Part shown: positions 38,376-53,029 of the stretch, piece by piece
Layout: every line of letters begins with the position of its first letter
Position numbering within the stretch: the first letter of the stretch is position 1
Position numbers and translations under genes: made by a program
Source: Eledone cirrhosa
Lineage: Eukaryota
Assembly (NCBI GenBank): GCA_964016885.1
Contig: OZ024741.1
Coordinates: 98,642,001-98,706,000, forward strand
DNA length: 64,000 nt
Direction: 5' to 3'
Notes under the pieces: model-generated
Database searches by the model: none
What the model was told of the DNA's origin: nothing
Seen by the model: the letters and a program-made list of their open reading frames with translations, nothing else

Positions 38376-39918
38376 AGGAACACCAGGAAGAGACATGATT
38401 GTCAGCTACTGGTACAGAAAACTAATATTCTATCGGAGGTATCTTACTGACCTGTACCAACAAGTTCTTAAGGGAGATACACTTATACCAGAATGGTTGA
38501 CATTAGCACAAACGTTACTGGTCCTCAAGAACAAAGACACCCACTTGGCAAAAAACTACCGACCCATTGCATGCCAGAACCTGATGTATAGGATGTATAC
38601 AGCCTGCCTGAACCTATTCCTCCAAGATCACTGTGAAAATAATAACATCATCACAGATGAACAAGCAGCTGGAAAGAAAAGTGTTTGGGGATGTGCTGAA
38701 CAACTCCTAATCAACAAAACTGCGATGTCGGAGGTGCGACAACTTAGGAGGAATATGACTACAGTCTGGCTGGACTACAGGAAAGCTTTCGATTCTGTTC
38801 CCCACTCTTGGATGATAGAGGCCCTCCAGCTTGCTAAGGTCCCAGACATTATCATCAGAGCCATAGAGAGGCTGTCTTCTTCTTGGGCTACTATCCTAAG
38901 GTTAGACCGCCTTTACTTGAAACGTAAGCATGGAGGCAGAGGCCTAACATCAGTCCATACAACATTTGAATGTCGCATCATATCTCTCCGACAACATCTA
39001 CGAACCTCGAAGCGTAGGAGCCCGCTTCTCGAGCAAGTCTATCTGCATGAAACAGATAAGATCGTGAGAGTTGGGAAGGAACTCCTTGAGAGATATTCCC
39101 TGTGTGATAATCAAAAACTCACACCCAGGGATGTCGCTCAGCTGTGTCGCAGTGAATCCATGGATGAAAAACTGCATGCTTATCAGCAAAAATTCATGCA
39201 TGGATATTTTGCCAGGAAGCTCCAGAGTGAGAGTAGTGTAGATAGGGAAAGTGGTCTATCTTGGACCAAGAACGGCTATGTTGGCTCCCACTTTGAGGGA
39301 TACGCTTTTGCAGTCCAGGAACAGGAGATTAGCACGGGATACTTGATTCACAAAAGAGATAGGGATGCAGGCAAAACAACTAGATGTGATGACAAGTGCA
39401 GACTCTGCAGAACTAACATCGAGGATATCACCCATGTCATCAGCAGCTGCCCAAAGATGTCATCGCGGTACTATCTACCTATGAGGCATGATGTAGTGGC
39501 CAAAACACTGTATGATGCAGTTCGTAAAAAGGATGGCCCCGATAATAAACACATTAAAAGCTACAACAATGTGGAAGACATCCATGTACATAATATGAAA
39601 GAGTCTTGGTGGAATGTTCCAGTAAAAGCCCCAATAAAATGCAGGCATAACAGACCAGATATTATGATATGGGACAGGGAGTAGAAAGCATGCACAGTAG
39701 TGGAAATTAGCTGCCCAGCAGATGCCAATATAATATCAAAGATTAACGAAAAGGAGAATATTTATGCCGAACTAATGAGAAATCTGCAGATACTCCACCC
39801 TGATTACACCTTCATATTTATGCCTGTGATTATTGGGGCACTGGGGTATGTTAGTAACTGCCTCAATATAAATCTTGAGAAGCTGGGCTTCACAGGAACA
39901 GAAAGAACAACTAGTTAG
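38376..39918 (+). pseudogene. RT-zinc finger-RLE polyprotein remnant
   Basis: NYRPIAC, WLDYRKAFDSVPH, RLYLKRKHGGRGL, CRLC..EDITHVISSC, RHD, HNRPDIMI, EISCP, PVIIGALG; TAG at 39682; QGD and YxDD regions missing. Confidence 0.9.
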
Positions 39919-40212
39919 GAAATTACAAGTACAATCCATTTAATGGAATAGTAAAAATATGTAAAACATTCCAAAAATGTTGCATCTAATAACTGCATAT
40001 ACACATGTACAGATGCAAAGCATATACACATGCACACATACAACTAAAAAAATACCCATCCACACATACAATAACATCCATATCTACACATGCATGCATA
40101 CATAATCTACCTAGTTGATGTTGTGTAAATTCCAATGAGAGAGTCTTGTGTCTATGTTAGAAAGCGACTCTCTCTTTATTGGGAAAAAATTGGTGAAATT
40201 ATAAAACCAGAA
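38376..40212 (+). mobile_element. R4/Dong-type non-LTR retrotransposon, 5'-truncated, flanked by (CATA)n
   Basis: RT N-half, CCHC finger and restriction-like endonuclease motifs; CATA repeats at 38343-38375 and 40213-40240. Confidence 0.85.
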
Positions 40213-41739
40213 TAACATACATACATAGATACATACATACATATATATGCACATAAATGTGTTTATAGACACACCTTTTAAAATGTTATGAGAAAATCAC
40301 TTATCTTATCGGACGCGATATTTGGTAGCTGCGACATTATTTATTTATCAATATTTTCCTTTTGTTCTCACATTCTACTTTCAAATATTGAATTGGTCTT
40401 TCCAGTTTAGTTATGCCTGATCAAATATATTTTTTACATTAATACTATTGTGGAGGTTGTTGTTGTGATTGCTGTTACTATAGTTGTTATTGTTGTAGGG
40501 TCATTTTTATTTCACAAACAGGCATGTGTATAAATTATTGTTGCTATTTGTTCGTTTTTAAGGGTAATGATACTAATCTCCGTCTAGTTTACTACTGGCT
40601 GCTATTTAATTTATTGATCTAGGGAGAACTAAAAGGAAAGGCAATTTTCGGTGTTTCTTTTGTTTGTTTTTGTTTTTTTTGTTTTTTTTTTTGTTTTTTT
40701 GGTTTGTTTTTGTTTTGTTTTATGGTTTGGGAAGTGATCCGCGGGGTAGGTTGGGACCACCTTACTAAATAAGCATACAACAAGGTAATGTCAAACATAG
40801 CAGCCATATTTCTCTCAAATCAGACCATACTTTCTTACTCATGGGCTGGCACATATTCCTGGATATACAAGAGACAAAAGAAAAGGAACAGAATTGAACC
40901 AGATGAAAGGCTGTTGATCAAAGGTCTAGTCCTCCCCGCCTCCGAAGTTGTGTTGTATTTTGGCAACAACAAGAAGATTCTCGCACCAACGGAAAACCAT
41001 CTAATTGGTTACTTGACCTGTTAGCATTATCAGCTAAATATTGCCCCCAAATTACAGCATATCATCATAAACAAGGAAAAACATTACATAATGTAACCCA
41101 AGATATGCTATGTCTGAAAAGCAGACGAGATGTGGAATCCTGGAAAGTACTTCATCATAGGCCAGATTGTTCTGGATTTTAACTTTATTTAGGGACTAGT
41201 AAACAGTATTTTATGGATATCTAGTTCACATGTAAAAGCTGAGATGCCTTAATCTTCTGCCCCCCCCCCCCCCCCCCATAAATCTCTGCCTTTTTCAACT
41301 TTCATGTCTCTGAGATTCAAATGTCATGTCGTTATAAGTAGTACTAGAGATGTGTGTTGTTGTTTAATCTTTATGGCAACCCTGAATGAAAGGCGTTCCA
41401 GTCATAACCATCCCATTTTTTAAAATATATTTTACGGTATTGTCCATTTTATGCAACTTTTCCATAATGGTAGTATATGATTTGATCAGGATTCAGATGC
41501 TGTATGTAGCCTTTTCGGCTTGAGTAGCATGCACGATGTGTCTCAGAAAAGAAACAGGACGGGGGCTGCAATAAAATATTTCAAATCCAAACAACAAACT
41601 AGAAGTCTTTCTCCTCCTAAATAATCCTCCTCGAGTCTAACGCACTTTTCCTTCTCCACCCCGCCTCAATGCACTCGTGGAAGAATTCTCCACAGCTCCA
41701 TTGCCACGGCTTTCTTGGTGGATCTGGTGCATGGTACTT

Positions 41740-42145
41740 CATTGATGTCTCTCCCAAGCAAGTCTAGTTTGGTTTCAAGACGCTCGAGGATGTAACAACA
41801 CACATACATGCACCACTCTTGCCGGTCATCATTCAGCAGCTTCGGCACCAACTTCAAGCAGATATTCCGGATGCCCAAATCCACGGTGACATTCTTCCAA
41901 ACGCTGTCGTGGTTCATGCCCAGTTCATTTGCGATCAGTCGAACCCTCAGCCGACGATCTCTACGCACCACCTGCCTCGTGCGTTCAACGTTGGTTTCAG
42001 TCCTGTTCATTGAAGATCTTCAGCTCATGGGGTTGTTTTTTAACCCTTTGTCCATTCAAAACCCTGTGAGGGTGACATCGTCTCTTCTCCGTACACTTGC
42101 TGCAGTATTCCGAGTGGTTCTGACGGTGTTTTTTCCCAAAGCTTG
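41740..42145 (-). pseudogene. Mariner transposase N-terminal remnant
   Basis: ILQQVYGEETMS..GFEW, DRRLRVRLIANELGM..SVWK..DLG, LVPKLL (WVPxxL-like). Confidence 0.85.
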
Positions 42146-42639
42146 CTTGATGGGGAGGGTGAGGTTTGTACGCCCGGAGAATGAAATATAAATCCCCTCA
42201 AAGGGCAGAAAAACTCGGGAGAATCAACGGACATCCAAAATGGGTAGACAAATTCCGTTAGCCTTGGCTGGAAGTATGTCTAGAAGGATCAAACTGATTT
42301 GAAAATTGAGGTGGGTGAGACACCATACTCATTTAGGTGACAACCTTTCAAGTGACCAACTGTTTCATCCTTGTGATGAAGGTGAATGTGATGCGAATGG
42401 GTAGCCATCTTCCGCGTAACAGCAGACCTAGGAATCGGAATCCACCGATGTCACTTTTCCCGATGAGAGCCATAGACGTATAAATGTCCATGGTCTCCGC
42501 CCTTCATGAGGATGGGATGAGACCAGAGACTTAGAACTTAGTTGGCTGAACTATTGAAAGAAGTGTGTCCTGGGTATTGATGTAGTATTGCAATAGCGAA
42601 TTCTATATCGAATTCTATATCAATTCGTAGATTAATAAT

Positions 42640-43225
42640 GTTGTTCAATGCTGCGATTGTCTTCGCTGCCACGGCCACCACAGCAACCACATCCAACACC
42701 AACACCATATCTAACACTACCACAACAGCAACCACCACCAACACCGCAACCAACACCACAGCAACCAACACCACCACCACAGCAACCACAACCAACACCA
42801 CCACCACCACCGCTATAGCCACCAACGTCGCCACCATCACCCCCCCCCCCCACACACACAGTAGTCAGGACATACATCGCCAATATCACTGCCACAACAG
42901 ACCAGGTGTTATATAAAGCCAAAACACTCATCATCGTAGCCACTACCAAAACATTACTAATCTTCAACAACTGATAATCATCATAACCAACAATGTTTCT
43001 ATGAAAAGCCTCACCCTTACAACTGTACATGTAATCATTACAAGAAATCCCAAATCAACAGAAACAACAGAAACATCTAGAAACACAGTGACAAGTACAA
43101 TCTTGGCCACCATAACCATCATTGCAAAGATCACTAAAACCACAGTCTTACAACATGAAATAAATATAGCAACAACACAAACATTATAAAAATAATATAC
43201 TAACTCTTGCAGAACACGTAAACAA

Positions 43226-43315
<90 letters not shown>

Positions 43316-43594
43316 AAGCACTTAAACACAGTCACATATATGGAGGAGAATCCAAAGGATTTCAAACTACGCACCAACAACTGCATTACAACTGCTACTA
43401 CTACTACTACTGCTACTATTACCACTACTACTACCACTACTACTACCACCACTACTACTACTGCTACTACTTCTACTACTACGGGCACTACTACCACCAT
43501 CACCACTTCTACTACTACTACGACTACTACCACCACCACCAGGACCACCGCCACCCCACACCCCACTACCACCCCACCCCCACCACTACTACTG

Positions 43595-43662
<68 letters not shown>

Positions 43663-43680
43663 TATCACCACCGATAATCA
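42640..43680. repeat. Low-complexity (ACC/ACT/CA/CT)n region
   Basis: Simple repeats. Confidence 0.9.
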
Positions 43681-43849
43681 TGATAAGCGCCTGCATTTGC
43701 TTTATAGATAGGCATATACATAGAAAGGTAAGCACCATAGCAACACGTGACAAACAACATTTACGAAAATACCATGCAAGCAACCTCAGATAGTACTAGC
43801 GAAACGTGTAAGACAAATATTTATTTTTCTCTGATCTTGTATCAGGTGC

Positions 43850-43938
<89 letters not shown>

Positions 43939-44048
43939 TATATGTAAATATATATATATATATATATATACATATATATATGAAAAGAGTCAGGACCCCG
44001 ACGGCTGAGCTCCGGCCGTTTCGACAGCTAGACTCGACAGGTATATAT

Positions 44049-44092
<44 letters not shown>

Positions 44093-44155
44093 AAAGTAAA
44101 TAACAACAAGGAGTACAGTTACGAAAGGTGTTATATATATATATATATATATATA

Positions 44156-44354
44156 TAGGAACGAGTAGGACGCCGACGGCTGAGCTCAAGCCGTTTCGAC
44201 GGCTAATTCTAGACTCGTCCAGAATTACCCGTCGAACCGGCTTAAGCTCAGCCGTCGGGGTCATACTCGTTCCTATTACCCACTCTACTACCCTAAGTAT
44301 TGAGTACTTTGGTGCGTTATGGTCCACATGGTTCCTTACCACATTTCCTTCGTT
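44156..44354 (+). mobile_element. ~200-bp fold-back element, GACCCCGACGG family
   Basis: Hairpin centred ~44215 plus 80-bp tail; in (TA)n; variant half copies at 43981-44040 and 15968-16025. Confidence 0.85.
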
Positions 44355-44727
44355 ATATATATATATATATATATATATATTATGTGTGTGCAAATGAACT
44401 TTGGAAATCTTGAAGGCTGGTAATAACTGTGGACGCAGTTGATTTCTATAAATAGTAAAATACCCCTAGAGATGGGAACAGTGGCTAACAGCCGCTACAG
44501 AGAATCGACCTCTATACCTCACAAATTCCGACTGACCGTTCTGCACCATTGCGCCAAACGATGTTTGATGAGAGTTTGGTCACAGTAAATAGAAGTTAGT
44601 TAATCAGCTTTCAATGTAACGACATTTGTAAATAATCATTGGAACATCGAATGAGTTGAAATACTTAGAAAATGTAAAATATCTCGAATGCGGGGGAAAA
44701 ACTGTGAGCCTTGTTGAATGCTACAAA

Positions 44728-44950
44728 TAATGGTTTCTGCTTTAGACACAAGGCCAGCAATTTTGGGGGAGAAGGGAAAGTCGATTAAATCGACCCCAGT
44801 GCGTGACTGGTATTTTATTTTATCGACCCAGTAAGAATGAAAGGCGAAGCTAACCTCGACGGGATTTGAACTCAGAATGAAAATGGGCCGTAACTCTATG
44901 ATACATACCATGTTGTCTGATGCCCTACGGATCCAACACCCTCGATTGCT
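44728..44950 (-). mobile_element. tRNA-derived SINE, longer subfamily
   Basis: Reverse complement of consensus. Confidence 0.85.
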
Positions 44951-45685
44951 ATAAATAATACCAATCCGAATAACTGTGAAAATAGTCAATCTCTATAAAT
45001 AATAGTTTACAAAATTGGGCAAAGTAACCCAGCAGAGGAAATATGCGAACAGAGAAACCAGCGAGGAATGCTCTACACATCTTATAGGTGCCAAGCGAAT
45101 GGCTTAAACATTGCGCTATGGTGTTGCTGGTTATTAATTGACGTCGTTTGACAATTTTAAGCCACTGCTGTTTGTCGAAACGCTATTTTACAGTGCCAGT
45201 TTTTAAATTGTGTAAATGTAAGCTCTCATACGCCAATATTAGATGCGTTTCTACAAAGTCTCTATGCATCAAACTTCGATCACAAGCCACCGGCCAAGCC
45301 AAAGGGTAAGTGGAAATAAATAATAGAATAGGCATATCAATACACGGGAGGAAACATAATAGTACCACTGATGATGTCACAGGTGTGTTATGAAAGAACT
45401 TTGATAGACTATATATATATATATTTACATCTATATTTTTAACCGTTGGTCAATCAACGATAAACATTGATTGCCAGCTAAATTAACTATAGGGATATAA
45501 AATATTCAGAAGCGAAAACCAATCCAAACCAAACAGTCAGTGTGTTTTATTAGTTCTGGCAATATTATAACAATATGACCCTCCTCAAATATAACATTTG
45601 TTTCAACACACGATTTCATATAAAAAAAACCTTGCAAACCAAATTCATAGCTGCATGTTTCTGTGTGTGTGTGTGTATGTATATG

Positions 45686-45803
<118 letters not shown>

Positions 45804-46227
45804 AAATAATTCCAAATTTGATACTATCAACACAATGCCTAAGTTGTCTCTTTGAAAGTAAGCAGTATAATAAACCACTTATTGAACCCCAGTCATAGCA
45901 TTTAGATTAAACTATCTGTATTCTTCAAACCTCTCTCTCCCATTTCTCCTACCCCTACATATCTATCTCGCCCTCTCCCTTTCTTTCTCTCTTCCTTTTC
46001 CACTCTATCTTCCCCAATTACTCCCTTTAAGAAATATAAAGAAACCATGATTCAACCATTTCTTCTGATGATTTGTTATACGAGCAGCTTTTGAAAATTG
46101 AGTATCTGCAAATTAATAACTACTAATTTCCATATAGCATGATGAGGCTGTGTAACTACTAAAGATACATTTGTAAACACTTGGAATAAATTGCCTTTTT
46201 ATGATGTCTATCTTTTTATTAATCATT

Positions 46228-46259
<32 letters not shown>

Positions 46260-46262
<3 letters not shown>

Positions 46263-46391
46263 TGGGGGACTACTCGTCTTCCACAAACACACCTTCCCCA
46301 GGGGAAATTTCCAGGTGCAAAACCATGGCCATTTGTCACCGATACAAGTCTGGGGATGGTGTGTTTGTGGAAGACAAGTAGTCCTCCATGC
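46260..46391. mobile_element. MITE-like element with ~40-bp inverted repeats
   Basis: GCATGGGGGACTACTCGTCTTCCACAAACACACCTTCCCCA / TGGGGATGGTGTGTTTGTGGAAGACAAGTAGTCCTCCATGC. Confidence 0.65.
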
Positions 46392-46565
46392 AGGCCAGTC
46401 CCACCACTCCAGCGATGTTGTTTAAAGGAAAGGCAATTCATTTCTACAGCTGGGTGAACTGGAACAATCTGAAATAAAGTATTTTGCTGAAGAAAACAAC
46501 ATACTACCCGGTCAGGATTTAAACTCATAATCCTACGTGGCTCCCAGTCACGTGACTTTAAATGT

Positions 46566-46596
<31 letters not shown>

Positions 46597-46599
46597 ATG

Positions 46600-46632
<33 letters not shown>

Positions 46633-46721
46633 ATGTATATATATATACTTATTGTATACATATATATAGATACGTATGTGCACACAGAAGCACACACGCA
46701 CAAACACAAACACACGCACAT

Positions 46722-46816
<95 letters not shown>

Positions 46817-46905
46817 GATATATACATAATACATAATGTATATATATATATATATATATATATACATTATGTATATATCTATATATACATATATATATAT
46901 ATATT

Positions 46906-46945
<40 letters not shown>

Positions 46946-47167
46946 ATATAAGCACACACACATATATATATATATATGGTCGAAAATACTTTGTTGTTTC
47001 GTTTGTTAGTAAATATTTTCCACTTCAAATGTTTGAAATGTTTAAAGTTTTGCCTACAACTGTCAACAAACTGTAAACACATTAGGTGATATATGTCAAA
47101 TAACTTCATCATATTACCCACTGCCCACATCCTTTCATACACCGACTCTGTCAGCCTGTCTGTGTGT

Positions 47168-47276
<109 letters not shown>

Positions 47277-48899
47277 ATTCTGTATACTATATATATATTT
47301 ATATATATATCATTTCTCTTTCCCATTCTCCCTCCACATCCCTCCTTCTCTCCGTTCTTATTCCCTGGTCTAGCCACCGTTCCGCAAGCATTTCTCCTAT
47401 TTGCTACTCCTCCCCTCAACCTTCTCCTCCTAATCAAAATCATTTTCATCATCATCATCGTTGTTACCGTCGTCCTCATCGTCGCCGACGCCATGGTCTA
47501 CGTTGTCATCATACCACTTCCTACTTTTCATCATCATCATCATCATCATATCCCTTACATATTTATTAAGCTTTCCCAATCCTCATCAACGGGTACACTT
47601 TTTGGTGACGTGCCGCTCTCAACGACATATTGAGAAAGAGACTGGACGCAACTGGCTTCACATCACAACTAGAGCCAGCAGACCTTGACCGTGGAGAAGA
47701 CAGCGCCCCGACGGAATTACCCTCTTCCCATTCGAAGGAGGTAGATCCCTCATCTGGGACGCCACATGTTGTGAAACGTTCTCCGCCTCCAGCTTTGTCG
47801 CTTCGGCCAGAAACCGCGGTACTGCGGCCCGCAATGCAGAAGAAAGGAAGACAAACAAATGCCTGGGATTGTCTGGCTGCTTCCTCTTCGCAGTGGTCGC
47901 CGTCGAAACAGCAGCCCGTGAGGTGGGGAGGCAGTTGCAGAAGGTGTCACTGGCCATTGTCCGCGGAAAACCTTTTGCGGTTTTGTCCGCGGGGCGCAGC
48001 CCCAACACCACCGCGCGGTAGTCCCAGAGCCCATCATCCTCCCCTTCTCCCTCACATTATTTTGTGGCTCTAGAGCCCTTGCTTTTCCCTTCCTTCCCCG
48101 TTTTTAAATATTTGTAGTGTGTTTCTAATTATTTTATAGTCATTCATTCATGTAGTTACTCTTTTATTATTTTAATTTTTTTAAATGAATTTGTTATCTT
48201 TAAAAATAAATAAATACAATTAGTTATTGCTTCGAACCTTAAATATTATACACAATATCACGACATTTACCATTACTCATCAATTATCAACATTTACTAC
48301 TTTCTCCACCTCGTCCTCTTCCTCTTTATCATCGTCATCACCACGCTAACAATTGCACTAGATCCCTCACAAATTACACATAAATACATACAACTATTTC
48401 AGTATGTTTGGCCACATACAGTAACACAGGCGCGCCCAACACCACACACACAGACACACACACACACCAACACCACCACCACCAACAACAACAGCAGCAG
48501 CAGTAGTAGCAACAAGAACAACAACACCAACATCAACACCAACAACAAACAACAACATCATAATCAACACCAACATCAAACAACAGCAGCAGCAGGAACG
48601 ACAACAATCACATCATCATTAACAACAACATATAACAACAACAAACAATAACAACAGCAGCAGGGAAAACAACAAAATCAACATCATCATCAACACCAAC
48701 AACAAACCACCACAACAAAAGCAACAGACACAACAACAACAAGCGATGTGGCCTTTCAACAAGACGAGTCGACAAACCATTGAAACTGCGGCCCAACTGA
48801 AGTATGAAACGATATCTTTAAATATTCAAGTATTCAGAGTGGAGTGAGGACGTAATTTGGAACAATGTTATATAGTTTGGTCGGTCTTGAATGATGTAT

Positions 48900-49257
48900 C
48901 ATTTAGTGGTGGTGTTGGTGTTGGTGGTGGTGGTGGTGTTGGTGATGCTGGTGGTGGTGGTGGTGGTGGTGGTAGTGGTGATGGTGTTGTTGGTGGTGGT
49001 GTTGTTGTTGGTGGTGGTGGTGGTGTTGGTGGTGGTGCTGTTGTTGTTGTTGGTGGTGGTGGTGGTGCTGCTCCTGTTGGTAGTGGAGCTTGTGGTGGTG
49101 GTGTTGGTGGTGCTGGTGGTGGTGGTGCTGGTGTTGGTGGTGCTGGTGGTGGTGGTGCTAGTGTTGGTGTTGTTGTTGTTGGTGGTGGTGTTGTTGTTGG
49201 TGTTGGTGGTGTTGGTGGTGGTGGTGTTGTTGTTGGTGTTGGTGGTGTTGGTGGTGG

Positions 49258-49288
<31 letters not shown>

Positions 49289-51355
49289 GTTGGTGGTGTC
49301 GGTGGTGGTGTTGTTGTTGTTGTTGTTGGTGGTGTTGGTGGTGGTGGTGTTGCTGTTGGTGGTGGTGGTGGTGGTGTTGCTGTTGGTGTTGGTGGTGTCG
49401 GTGGTGGTGTTGTTGTTGTTGTTGTTGGTGGTGTTGGTGGTGGTGGTGTTGCTGTTGGTGGTGGTGGTGGTGATGGTGGTGGTGTTGTTGTTGTTGGTGG
49501 TGCTGGTGGTGGTGGTGTTGGTGGTGGTGGTGGTAGTGGTGTTGGTGGTGGTGTTGTTGTTGTTGGTGGTGGTGGTGCTGGTGTTGGTGTTGGTGTTGTT
49601 GGTGGTGGTGTTGTTGTTGGTGGTGGTGGTGGTGGTGGTGCTGCTGGTGCTGGTGTTGGTGTTGTTGTTGTTGGTGGTGCTGGTGCTGGTGCTGGTGTTG
49701 GTGTTGGTGTTGGTGGTGGTGGTGTTGTTGTTGTTGGTGCTGGTGCTGGTGTTGGTGGTGGTGGTGTTGTTGTTGTTGGTGGTGCTGGTGCTGGTGCTGG
49801 TGTTGGTGTTGGTGTTGTTGGTGGTGTTGTTGTTGTTGTTGTTGGTGGTGGTGCTGGTGTTGGTGGTGGTGGTGTTGTTGTTGTTGGTGGTGTTGTTGTT
49901 GTTGGTGGTGGGGGTGCTGGTGCTGGTGTTGGTGTTGGTGTTGTTGGTGGTGTTGTTGTTGTTGTTGGTGGTGGTGGTGCTGGTGTTGGTGGTGGTGGTG
50001 TTGTTGTTGGTGTTGGTGGTGGTGGTGTTGTTGTTGTTGTTGGTGGTGGTGCTGGTGTTGGTGGTGGTGGTGTTGTTGTTGGTGTTGGTGGTGGTGGTGT
50101 TGTTGTTGTTGTTGGTGGTGGTGCTGGTGTTGGTGGTGGTGGTGTTGTTGGTGGTGCTGTTGTTGTTGTTGGTGGTGGTGGTGCTGGTGTTGGTGGTGGT
50201 GGTGTTGTTGTTGGTGTTGGTAGTGGTGGTGTTGTTGTTGTTGGTGGTGGTGGTGCTGGTGTTGGTGGTGGTGGTGTTGTTGTTGGTGTTGGTGGTGGTG
50301 GTGTTGTTGTTGGTGTTGGTAGTGGTGGTGTTGTTGTTGTTGGTGGTGGTGGTGCTGGTGTTGGTGGTGGTGGTGTTGTTGTTGGTGTTGGTAGTGGTGG
50401 TGTTGTTGTTGTTGGTGGTGGTGGTGCTGGTGTTGGTGGTGGTGGTGTTGTTGTTGTTGTTGGTGGTGGTGGTGTTGTTGTTGTTGGTGGTGCTGGTGCT
50501 GGTGCTGGTGTTGGTGTTGGTGTTGGTGTTGTTGGTGGTGCTGTTGTTGTTGTTGGTGGTGGTGGTGCTGGTGTTGGTGGTGGTGGTGTTGTTGTTGGTG
50601 TTGGTAGTGGTGGTGTTGTTGTTGTTGTTGGTGGTGGTGCTGGTGTTGGTGGTGGTGGTGTTGTTGTTGGTGTTGGTAGTGGTGGTGTTGTTGTTGTTGT
50701 TGGTGGTGGTGGTGCTGGTGTTGGTGGTGGTGGTGTTGTTGTTGGTGGTGCTGGTGCTGGTGCTGGTGTTGGTGTTGGTGTTGTTGGTGGTGGTGTTGTT
50801 GTTGTTGTTGGTGGTGGTGCTGGTGCTGGTGTTGGCGTTGGTGTTGTTGTTGGTGGTGTTGTTGTTGTTGGTGGTGGTGGTGCTGGTGCTGCTGGTGGTG
50901 GTGGTGCTGCTGCTAGTGGTGGTGTTGCTGGTGGTGCTGGTGCTGCGGTTGGTATTGAAGCTTGTGGTGGTGGTGGTGGTGGTGATAATGATGCTGGTTG
51001 TCTGGTGCTGCTGTTGCTGGTGGGGGGGGGCTGTTAGAGGTGGTGGTGTTGATGGTGGTGGGGCTGGTGGTGATGGTGGTTGTGGTGCTTGTGGTGGCGC
51101 TGGTGGTGGTGGTGGTGCTGCTGCTGCTGCTGGTGATGCTTGTGGTGCTTGTGGTGCTTGTGGTAGCGCTGGTGGTGGTGGTGGTGATGGTGGTGCTAGT
51201 GGTGGCGCTGGGGGTGGTGGTGGTGGTGGTGGTGGTGATGGTGGTGATGGTGGTGGTGGTGGTGGTGCTTGTGGTGCTTGTGGTAGCGCTGGTGATGGTG
51301 ATGGTGGTGGTGATGGTGGTGCTAGTGGTGGTACTCGTGCTGGTGTTGGTGACGG
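48900..51355. repeat. 2.4-kb (GGT/GTT/GCT)n tract with higher-order periodicity
   Basis: Plus strand almost entirely G and T triplets. Confidence 0.95.
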
Positions 51356-52320
51356 GGCTATTCAGCTATAATTACGGACGGTAGTGTTTGGATGGCTGGC
51401 TGGCTGGGTGGTTGGAGTAAATTGACTGTGCGGGCAGAAGCGTTAGATATAGAGGTAGTAGTGGGCTGAGGATGGTGTGTGTGTTTGTGGGCGGGGAGGG
51501 TGGTGGGACAATGTCTATGGTGCTTGAGATAGTGTTGATTGTGTAAAATGGCAGTGACGGTGATGGTCGTGATTGTAGTAGTGGTGATCTAGATAGTGGT
51601 GTGACTGCCTAGTCATCATGATTATTTCGCCCTAGGTCAGCCAGGAGTGAGCAGTCACATGATCAAATGCATACCAACCATGATCATCTAGTATTTCTCT
51701 TGTGTCAAGAGACCCCAGGACCGCATTATTTAATCACGGTTGTTTATAAAATAGAAATAGTTTGATTTGAGGGAGTGTTGATTGCGATAGTGTTGGTGGT
51801 GGTGTAGATGGTGATGTTGGGGTTGCTGTATCGCTCCTGAAGGCAGCTTTAGTAACGGTGTTTGTGATGATAGTGATGAAGTAAGTAAAGGTGGGGAAAG
51901 TGGTGATGGTTCTGGTTACTGGTGGTGGTGGTGGAATGTGTGATTGTTGTTATTTTTGGTAGGGAGAGGCAGTGGGGAATGTGGCGAGGTGAGGCTGGTG
52001 GGAGTGGTGTTGATGGATTGCTGCGAAAAGATTATCTATCCCTTTGATCAATGACATTTTCAAATACATTGTGCAGATGGCACGTGATATAGTTATAGTA
52101 CACCCACATCAAATCACACAGACATGCATACACAGAGACACATATGTGTTTAGTTTAAATATATGCATACGCATACAGAGACTTATAGATGTTTATATAT
52201 ATATGTGCGTGTTCGGTGTGTGTGCGTGTGTGTGTGTGTGTACATGTGTGTATATTTGCAAATGTATATATATATATGTGTGTGTGTGTGGAGAGAGAGA
52301 GAGAGAGATAGATAGAGAGA

Positions 52321-52394
<74 letters not shown>

Positions 52395-52499
52395 TAGATA
52401 GATAAGCTTATATATTTTTGTCGTTAGTATATCTCGTTTTCGTTGACAATGCGAGTTCTGCACGAAATTTCTGAAATCAATGAAATATAGACCATATAT

Positions 52500-52531
<32 letters not shown>

Positions 52532-52716
52532 CTATATATACACACACATAGTTTCATATTCCACAATGCCTCAAGCAAATTACAACAGGCGTATATAAAT
52601 ATATCATATAAAAGTGACCTCTACACTACTAGAATTGCAGTTCTGCTGAAGTAATCTCTATATCAAATATATATATGTGTGAGTGTGAGTGTGAGTGTGA
52701 GTGTAAGTGTGAGTGT

Positions 52717-52800
<84 letters not shown>

Positions 52801-52888
52801 TTATACCTGTTTGTGTGTGTTTGTGGTTCAAGGTTAAAAATAAGACAAGCACAGAAGACAATTACACAGTCTTGTTGGTTTCACGCAT

Positions 52889-53028
52889 GTAGACTGAGAG
52901 TGGGGGACATACAGAGACAGACGTGTAGACTGAGAGTGGGGAACATACAGAGACAGACGAGTAGACTGAGGGTGGGGGACATACAGAGACAGACGTGTAG
53001 ACTGAGAGTGGGGGACATACAGAGACAG
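52889..53028. repeat. 36-bp minisatellite, 4 copies
   Basis: GTAGACTGAGAGTGGGGGACATACAGAGACAGACGT at 52889, 52925, 52961, 52997. Confidence 0.9.
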
Positions 53029-53029
53029 C

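Noticed and set aside
47590-48215. GC-rich segment with 100-150-aa ORFs (also 21880-22170)
   Set aside because: Looks like retroelement debris with no recognisable domain; cannot be assigned without a database search.
48857-51371. 726-aa and 826-aa ORFs
   Set aside because: Open in several frames only because G/T triplets cannot form stops; third positions are nearly invariant and there is no domain or splice evidence.
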